Positions 55,321 through 64,000 of a DNA stretch of 64,000 nucleotides are shown here, piece by piece. Source of the DNA: Eledone cirrhosa (Eukaryota); NCBI GenBank assembly GCA_964016885.1, contig OZ024760.1, forward strand, positions 1,798,001 to 1,862,000, given 5' to 3'. The position numbers and the translations under genes are program-made. Below the pieces are notes generated by a model. It was not told the DNA's origin. It searched no databases and was given only the letters and a program-made list of their open reading frames with translations. The first letter of the stretch is position 1. Each line of letters begins with the position of its first letter.

Positions 55321-56083
55321 AATTCCATATATGGTCAAAGTGATTGTCAAAAGGTAGTAGTAATTCTGTGATTGCAAATTAGTAGGGGAGATGGTGGCTT
55401 AACCTGCCAGTAGGAGAAAAAGGGGAGGGGGTGGAGTAGACCCAATCATGCGTTGGTAGTGCCAGCTACAGCTGGGCATGAGGTCAAAGAAGATACTGGG
55501 GAGGGGGAGGGGGAGGAAGTCGAAACGGTAGGTAGAACAATGAGGGGTAAAAAATATATATATGAAAGAAAAAATACTGAGAGTGATGAAAAGCGAATAA
55601 GTGTAAAGAAAAAAGAGTATAAAAGCAAGTTCTACGACCTAAGTCTCTAGCTATTGTTAGGCTAGAAAAATAAATAAAGAAATAAATAAATAAAGAAATA
55701 ACGAAATAAGTAAATAAACTAGGTGGGACGGAATAGGCAAGGACCCTTTTAAGAGGTATAAGTACGTAAATCATACGGTAACGGGTCAACAAATGGGGCC
55801 AAAATACTAAAGAAACTACCACGAAATAAATAATAAAGGTTTCTATCCCAGCAACCACCCAGTGCAGCAAAGTAAACTAGTACTAGATAATAATTCTGAG
55901 TCCCGAAAAAAATATATACTAATGCTAACTCTAAAGGTACTGCCGCGCTACAAAAGATCTTATACAAGCTACATGAAAGTTCATATATTTTAAAGTATAT
56001 GAAAGTACATGAAAGTTCACATATTTTAAAATATATATATATATATATATACATACATATATGAAAATATATATAAATACACA

Positions 56084-56123
<40 letters not shown>

Positions 56124-56254
56124 TAAATAGATAGATAGATATCTTTATTTGCCACAGGGGCGCACAAAAAGGGGTCATTACAAGACGTGACGGTGGGGGT
56201 TTTACATAAAATATTTAACAATGATAAATGACAATAAACTATCTATATATATAT

Positions 56255-57170
56255 TGTTTCCTTGGTTTGATCTGATGATCAGCTCCTTTCATTTTGCAAG
56301 GAGTTGTGACTGACAGACAGTATCAGCAATGGAACGATCAACACAAACTCCATTTATTAAAGTTTCCTTGTCCGGCTCTAATGATTGGTTCCTTCCTCCT
56401 ACCAGGAGTTCTAACTGACAGACAGTATCAGCAACAGAAATATTAAGGGAGCATTGTCTCCTTGGTCCAATCTAAAGATCTGCTCCCTTCATTTCATCTG
56501 TCAGGAGTTCTAACTGACAGACAGTATCAGCAACAGAAATATTAAGGGAGCAGTGTCTCCTTGGTCCAATCTAAAGATCTGCTCCCTTCATTTCATCTGT
56601 CAGGAGTTCTAACTGACAGACAGTATCAGCAACAGAAATATTAAGGGAGCATTGTCTCCTTGGTCCAATCTAAAGATCTGCTCCTTTCATTTCATCTGTC
56701 AGGAGTTCTAACTGTCAGACAGTATCAGCAACAGAAATATTAAGGGAGCATTGTCTCCTTGGTCCAATCTAAAGATCTGCTCCTTTCATTTCATCTGTCA
56801 GGAGTTCTAACTGACAGACAGTATCAGCAACAGAAATATTAAGGGAGCATTGTCTCCTTGGTCCAATCTAAAGATCTGCTCCTTTCATTTCATCTGTCAG
56901 GAGTTCTAACTGACAGACAGTATCAGCAACAGAAATATTAAGGGAGCATTGTCTCCTTGGTCCAATCTAAAGATCTGCTCCTTTCATTTCATCTGTCAGG
57001 AGTTCTAACTGACAGACAGTATCAGCAACAGAAATATTAAGGGAGCATTGTCTCCTTGGTCCAATCTAAAGATCTGCTCCTTTCATTTCATCTGTCAGGA
57101 GTTCTAACTGACAGACAGTATCAGCAACAGAAATATTAAGGGAGCATTGTCTCCTTGGTCCAATTTAAAG
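56255..57170. repeat. 99-bp tandem repeat (about 8 homogeneous units plus degenerate leaders)
   Basis: GGAGTT at 56405, 56504 and 56603. Related degenerate units at 27630-27935. Confidence 0.95.
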
Positions 57171-57436
57171 ACTGGCACCTTTCCTTTATTTGTTATGTCA
57201 ACAAGGCCAGGTGTAGTGATAATAATTCAATGGAATAATGAAATTAGATGGAGGTGGTCACATGGAGTGGAGAAGAGAGGAGATGTCCACAGAGCCTATG
57301 ATAACATTAACCCTTTCCTTCAGGGTTTTTTTAGCCAATTACTAGAAATTCATTCTTCCACTCTGCACTTCTGCCTCTCTCACTCTTTCTCTCTTTGTTA
57401 CACTCTATCTTTACTTCTCTCTCTCTATTTCTCTCT

Positions 57437-57472
<36 letters not shown>

Positions 57473-58442
57473 CTTCTTACTCACTATCTACCCCTCTCTC
57501 TTTACTTATACCTATCCTTTTTCTCCTTCTCTGTCTCTTCTATATCTTTTCCTCCCTGCCTCTCACACTTTCTCTCCTTACTCTCCCCTCTCTCTACTTC
57601 CACCACTCTGTCTCTCTCCTCTCTCTCCTCCCACTGTCTCCCACTCTCCCCTTTCCTTCTCTCATTCTGTCTTCACACTTTCTCTCCTTACTCTCCCACT
57701 CCCACTCCCTATCTCTCCTTCCCCCCCCCCCCTCTCTATTATATTCTTTGTTTTTGTATTTATTCCTGTTATTTATATATTTATTTGTCCCAGAGATAAA
57801 CATTATCATTTATTGTTGTTGTTTTTATTATTTTTATTGATAACTGCGGCTGCTGCTGTTGCAACTACTATCACCACCACCACCACCACTACTACACCTA
57901 CTATCACTACTACTAGAACTACCACCACCACCACTACTACACCTACTATCACTACTACTAGAACTACCACCACCACTACTACACCTACTATCACTACTAC
58001 TAGAACCATCACCACCACCACTACTACACCTACTATCACTACTACTAAAACCATCACCACCACCACCATTACTACAACTACTACTATTACAACTACTAAT
58101 AGTAATATGACCACCACCATTACTATAAACTACTACTACTACAACTACTAATAATAATACCACCACCACTACCACCACCACCACCATTCCCATTACGATC
58201 CTATTTTCATTGTCCATAGCACATCTTCCCCCATGCCCACCCCTATTGAAACAGCTATATCATGTATAAGAGAGAGAGAGAGATAGAGATAGATAGATAG
58301 AGAGAGAGAGATAGATAGATAAATAGAGAGAGAGAGAGAGAGAATTACCTATTGACCAAAGTCAATTGAAGAATGCAATCTACAGCAGGTTTTATAGTAT
58401 ACACACACATATACACATACACACACACACATATATATATAT

Positions 58443-58503
<61 letters not shown>

Positions 58504-58550
58504 CACACACATAGATATATATATACACACACACACATATATATATACAT

Positions 58551-58597
<47 letters not shown>

Positions 58598-59208
58598 TAT
58601 TTATATACACACACACACATATATATATATACACACACATTATATATATATACACACATATATATATATATATACACACACACACATATATATATATATA
58701 CACACACACATACATATATATACATACACACATACATATATATATATATATACATACGCACACACACATATATATATATACACACACACACATATATATA
58801 TATATACACACACACACACATATTTATATACACACAGACATATATATATATATATACACACACATTATAAATATATATATACACATATATATATATATAC
58901 ACACACGCACACATATATATATATATATAAATTATATATAATATATACATATATACATACACACACATACATACAATATGTATATACACACACACACACA
59001 TACATATATGTTTTTAACCAGGACAACAAGCTGTTTTTGACACTGGTCGTTTGAATGTGGTGCTAAGAAAATAGTAAAATAACAAGCTTTTGGGTAGAAT
59101 CAATAAGCCAGTTAGTTATAGAGAGAGGGGGGTGTAGAGAATGAGAGAGGGGGGAGAGAGTGAGAAAGAGGGGGATAGAGAGATAGAGAGCTAGAAAGAA
59201 AGAAAGAA

Positions 59209-59247
<39 letters not shown>

Positions 59248-59304
59248 GAGAGGTAGACAGAGAGAGAGAGAGAGAAGGAGAGAGAGAGAGAGAGAAAGAA
59301 GGAA

Positions 59305-59353
<49 letters not shown>

Positions 59354-59639
59354 GATATAGAAAGAGAGAGAGAGAAAGAGAGAAGGAGAGAGAGGGGAAA
59401 AGACTGGGGAATTTCTTTTGGAAAACGCAGATCTTGTGTAAAATGAGAAGCTAAACTTGGCTGAGTAAGATTGCCAAAGGTTAAAAAGAAAAATCTGCTT
59501 TGCTCGAGTTGGCCTTTAGCACGTTCTTGGTACAAAGAAATATTCCTGCTACACATTAAGCAAACATTTCTTTTTTCTTCTTTTTTGACTTTCATTTTGA
59601 CTTAACTTGACTTCACATCACTTCATTTCCCATTGCTTT

Positions 59640-60390
59640 CCATTTGCTTCCCATTGCTTTCCTTCAATTTGTTTTCCTTTCCTTTCTTTTCCTCTCATTT
59701 CCTTTCCATTGCTTTCCTTTGATTTGCTTCAATTTTCTTTCCTCTCCTTTGCTCTCCTTTCCTTTCTTTTCCTCTCATTTCCTTTCCATTGCTTTCCTTT
59801 GATTTGCTTCAATTTTCTTTCCTCTCCTTTGCTTTCCTTTCCTCTCATTTCCTTTTCATTGCTTTCCTTTGATTTGCTTCAATTTTCTTTCCTCTCCTTT
59901 GCTTTCCTTTCCTTTCTTTTCCTCTCATTTCCTTTCCATTGCTTTCCTTTGATTTGCTTCAATTTTCTTTCCTCTCCTTTGCTTTCCTTTCCTTTCCTCT
60001 CATTTCCTTTCCATTGCTTTCCTTTCATTTGCTTCAATTTTCTTTCCTCTCCTTTGCTTTCCTTTCCTTTCTTTTCCTCTCATTTCCTTTCCTTTGATTT
60101 GCTTCAATTTTCTTTCCTCTCCTTTGCTTTCCTTTCCTCTCATTTCCTTTCCATTGCTTTCTTTTGATTTGCTTCAATTTTCTTTCCTTTCTTTTCCTCT
60201 CATTTCCTTTCCATTGCTTTCCTTTGATTTGCTTCAATTTTCTTTCCTCTCCTTTGCTTTCCTTTCCTTTCTTTCCTTTGCTTTCTTCTTCTTTTCTTTC
60301 CATTTCTTCCCTTTCCTTTGCAATGCTTTCCTTTCCTCTCCTTTCCTTTCCTTTCCATTGCCTTTCTTTCCTTTGCTTTCTTCTCCTTTC
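59640..60390. repeat. Polypyrimidine tandem repeat
   Basis: Recurring CCATTGCTTTCCTTTGATTTGCTTCAATTTTCTTTCCTCTCC. Confidence 0.9.
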
Positions 60391-61781
60391 CATCGATTAT
60401 CTTCAGATAGTTCAGAAGACAACCTTCCATAAAGAATATTCTACTGAAAATTCTAAAATATTTACAATACAGAAAATAATGGCTTTCTTTAGATTTGGTT
60501 GTTTTTTCTTGCTTCTTGATTTGGTTTGATGTTGTTGTTGTTGTTGTTGATGATGTTGTTGTTGTTGTTGATGATGTTGTTATTGTTGTTGATGATGTTG
60601 TTATTGTTGTTGATGTTGTTGTGGTTGTTGTTGTGGTTGTCACTGTTGTCATTATTATCGTTGATGCTGTTATTGTTGTTGTAATTGTTACTGTTGTTGT
60701 TGTTGTTGTGTTGTCATGGTTACTGTTATTGCTGTCGTTGTCATTGTTACTGTTGTTGTTGTTGTTGTTATTGTTGTTGTTGTTGTTGTTACTGTTGTTG
60801 TTGTTATTGTTGTTACTGTTGCTGTTCCTTCAAACAATCTCCATCTCACTTCCCTCTGTTTGCTTTACATTATAATTCTAATGTTATCTCTCCTCTCTCC
60901 ATCCCCCTCCCCAACATGTTCTACAACAGCCTCTCCCCCCACACACACTCCACCACCATTGCCTGCACCCATCCCCTCCACCACCATCCCACCCTCACCA
61001 CCTTTATTTCACCCCACACTTCACCACCACTGCCTGCACCCATCTCTCCCACCACCATCCCACCCTCACCACCTTCATTTCACCCCACACTTCACCCTCA
61101 CTGATTGCACACCCCCACCGCCTCACTACTTGTGCACCACCCCACCCTCACTGCCTGCACTCCACTCCCCTGCCTCACCCCACCATCACTATCACTGCCT
61201 GCACTCCACCCCACCCTCACTGCCTGCACTCCACCCCACCATCACTGCCTGCACCCCCCCCCCCAACACCTGCACTCCACCCACTCTCACTGCTTGTGCA
61301 CTCCACCCCACCCCCACACACTCACCGCCTGCACTCCACCGCCCCACTCCACTCTCACTGCTTGTGCACCACACTCAAGACTTGCGGTAATTTCCGGGTG
61401 TTTTTACCAGGGACAGAATCATTCATTGAGTAAATACCAAGATTGAATGTGTTGTAGTTGTAGTTGTTGTTGTTATAGTTGTAGTTGTAGTTGTAGTTGT
61501 TGTTGTTGTTGTTGTTATAGTTGTTGTTGTTGTTGTTGTTGTAGTTGTTGTTGTTGCAGTAGATGTTGTTGTTGTTTAAACTTGCTAGAGTAATGAACTT
61601 CTGTAATGAACTTCTCTGGTATTTTTTCTCCCCTTTTTCTCTCTTAATCTCCCTTTCTTTCTCTCTATCTTGGTCATAGGCTGACTATGAAGGAGTGATG
61701 CTCGAGCTGTGAAATCTTGCATGCATTAATTTCAACACTTCTTATTAATAACTGCACATATATATATATACTGTATATATA

Positions 61782-64000
61782 TCATCATCATCATCATCAT
61801 CACCGTTTTACGTCCGTTCTTCCACGCTAGCATGGGTTAGACGGGTTGTCCTGTTGTGGGCAGTGTCTGGTCGGCTGACCATGCCTTGCTCATACAGGAA
61901 CTGATCTGGCTTGATTTCTACAGCTGGATGCCCTTCCTAACACCAACCTCATTTACAGTGAGTGCTGGGTGCTTTTTCGTGGCGCCTACACGTCCACTTT
62001 ACAGTGTGGGCTGGGTGCTTTTTTGCCGTGGCACCTCCACGACCACCTTGCGGTGGGGGGTGTGGGGGGATATTGTTTATATGCTTCAGCATGTACCGAT
62101 GGAAGGTCGGGTACCCTGTATTACTGCGTGACGCCAGAAGTCACGGTCGTGTGTCATTGACTTTGAGAGGTGTAGTTGGGTAAGGTCGGCTTTTATCACC
62201 TCATCCCAAGTCATCTTGGGTCTCCCCACTCCGCGGTTTCCATCAACTTCTAGTGCTCTGCACCTTTTTATGCAGCTGTCATCCTTCATACGCATCACAT
62301 GTCCATACCAGCGTAACCGCCTCTCCTGCACGCAGCATTTGATTCCTCTTATGCTCAGTCTCTCTCTCAATTCCTTTATGCTTTGTCGTTCACGTATATT
62401 ACTGTTACACATCCATCGGAGCATGCAGGCTTCGTTTCTCTCTAATCTACGTAAGTCTTCCACCTTCAGCGCCCAGGTCTCACTACCATGCAACATCGCT
62501 GTTCGGATACACGCATCATACAGTCTGCCTTTCATTCTGAGGGAGAAGCCTTTTGCAGCTAGCAGTGGTAGTAGTTCCCTAAACTTCTTCCATCCCGTTC
62601 TTACCCTAGTTATTGTACTTTCTGAGCACCCACCTCCGTTGCTAATTCGGTCACCTAGGTAGCAGAAGCTGTCTACTGTTTCTACAGGGCCCTCCCAGAG
62701 ATTGGTGGTACTTGTTTCCTGTGGCTGTTTGCTTGCTGTTTCAGCACAGCTGCTGCATGTGAATCCTACATTCTTAATTAAGCTTCCTGAGATCCCGCTA
62801 CATCTCTTGTGTACCCATTGTTTGCATTTGGGGCAGAGAATGGAGTTCCTACCTACACCTTTCCTACATACTGAGCAAGGCCATTTCCCTGAGGGGATCT
62901 GGGTTCTGTTTTCTCGTCTACTTATAAGGACCTTAGTCTTTGTCATGTTGACTTTGAGGCCCTTTCTCTCTAGTCCCTGCTTCCAGGTTTGGAATTTATT
63001 CTCTAGTTCTACCATAGATTCAGCTATGAGTGCGAGGTCATCAGCATACAGGAGTTCCCATGGGCATCCGGTCTTAAACTCCTCCGTTATTGCCTGCAGG
63101 ACTATGATGAACAGGAGAGGGCTAAGAACAGAGCCCTGGTGGACCCCAACCTGTACGCTAAATTCCTCGCTATACTCATTGCCAATCCTAACTTTGCTGA
63201 CTGCTCCCCTATACATGGCTTGTACCGCTTTCACAAGCCATTCATCTACTCCTAGTTTTCTAAGAGCCCACCAGATTACTGCACATGGAACTCTGTCAAA
63301 GGCTTTCTCAAGGTCGACAAATGCCAAGTAGAGTGGCTTACTTTTAGCTAGGTACTTTTCCTGTAATTGCCTCACAAGGAAGAGGGCATCAGTGGTGCCT
63401 TTCCCTGGTACAAACCCAAATTGCATCTCGTCTATATTCACCCGGTCCCTAATCAGCTGTGCTATAACTCTTTCTGTTACTTTCATGACCTGGTCCATCA
63501 ACTTTATACCTCTATAGTTTCCTCTATCTAGTGCATCGCCTTTACCTTTGTAGCAGTTGACAATGATGCTACTGCACCAATCTTTTGGTATGGCCCCCTC
63601 TAGTATTACCTGGTTAACGATACGTGTGGTTATAGTGTGACCTACAGACCCAGATGCCTTCAGCATCTCGGCAGCTATACCCGATGGACCGGTTGCCTTC
63701 CCTATCTTCATATCTCTGATTGCCTTACTTACTACGCTGCCGCTGACTTGTACTGCTGGTCCCTCTATAGGGTCTACGTGGGGTAGGGTCTCTTCTTCCC
63801 ATGCATTCTCCTCATTTAGTAATCTATCATAATGACTCTTCCATGCATCTTTCTTCTCAGCACTTGTGAGGGCAAGCTCACCTTTATCATTCCGGATACA
63901 CTTCTCTCCAATGACATCACAACTATCTCTGACACACTGCCTCGCAATCTTGAATACCTCCTGTTTCTGGTCCTCACGTTGTAAAACATGCTTGAATTTT
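61782..64000 (-). mobile_element. RTE LINE family A, 3' part with structured 3' UTR and (GAT)n tail
   Basis: RT ORF followed by a 3' UTR ending CCCATGCTAGCGTGGAAGAACGGACGTAAAACGG(TGA)n. Confidence 0.95.
62086..64000 (-). CDS. RTE-clade LINE reverse transcriptase ORF (continues past the window end)
   Basis: RT motifs NYRGIKL, QFGF, FVDLEKAFD, GVHQGSVLSP, LLYADD, YLG; RTE C-terminus LRWYGHVMRM..GRPK.TW. Frame is also open from 63711 to 64000 by hand translation. Confidence 0.96.
   Translation of the reverse strand, partial: KFKHVLQREDQKQEVFKIARQCVRDSCDVIGEKCIRNDKGELALTSAEKKDAWKSHYDRLLNEENAWEEETLPHVDPIEGPAVQVSGSVVSKAIRDMKIGKATGPSGIAAEMLKASGSVGHTITTRIVNQVILEGAIPKDWCSSIIVNCYKGKGDALDRGNYRGIKLMDQVMKVTERVIAQLIRDRVNIDEMQFGFVPGKGTTDALFLVRQLQEKYLAKSKPLYLAFVDLEKAFDRVPCAVIWWALRKLGVDEWLVKAVQAMYRGAVSKVRIGNEYSEEFSVQVGVHQGSVLSPLLFIIVLQAITEEFKTGCPWELLYADDLALIAESMVELENKFQTWKQGLERKGLKVNMTKTKVLISRRENRTQIPSGKWPCSVCRKGVGRNSILCPKCKQWVHKRCSGISGSLIKNVGFTCSSCAETASKQPQETSTTNLWEGPVETVDSFCYLGDRISNGGGCSESTITRVRTGWKKFRELLPLLAAKGFSLRMKGRLYDACIRTAMLHGSETWALKVEDLRRLERNEACMLRWMCNSNIRERQSIKELRERLSIRGIKCCVQERRLRWYGHVMRMKDDSCIKRCRALEVDGNRGVGRPKMTWDEVIKADLTQLHLSKSMTHDRDFWRHAVIQGTRPSIGTC

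Noticed and set aside
55484-55870. 128-aa hydrophobic ORF
   Set aside because: T-rich composition and no recognisable motif; probably non-coding repeat sequence.
58350-58382. Possible 31-nt minus-strand mini-exon (tag...gtaatt)
   Set aside because: No ferlin similarity and no other support.
60385-60412. CTGAAGA...GAAA on the minus strand as a hammerhead
   Set aside because: No helix I, II or III pairing. Lone CTGATGA at 41151, 47231 and 47660 likewise lack a complete fold.
62216-63331. Plus-strand ORFs of 148 and 209 aa
   Set aside because: Antisense shadows of the RTE reverse transcriptase.

Overview
Repeat-saturated, AT-rich animal genomic DNA. The (TA)n/(CA)n tracts, tRNA-derived SINEs and RTE LINEs look like an octopod cephalopod (inference). 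The only host gene I can support is an otoferlin-type ferlin on the minus strand. It has three C-terminal exons (39115-38973, 37889-37801, 9244-9098) with canonical AG/GT boundaries in matching phase, so essentially the whole window is intron. Almost all ORFs in the supplied track are microsatellite artefacts. Mobile DNA includes: an RTE LINE with an open frame and a PHD-like finger inside the RT region; truncated RTE copies; at least three SINE families; hAT, piggyBac-like and Tc2-like MITEs; a Helitron end; and a stop-free Penelope-like (GIY-YIG) fragment. Main hidden signal: about a dozen type I hammerhead ribozyme motifs from several sequence families. Most are minimal forms with a palindromic helix III. 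Two carry the compensatory U3-A8 core variant, and two loci hold ribozyme pairs in inverted repeats. Other themes: a SINE tail built from two different LINEs, an H-type pseudoknot module in the LINE 3' UTR that expands into tandem arrays, several satellites seeded from retroposon tails, and a probable false duplication across the 200-N gap. All structure calls are by eye; no folding or database search was run.
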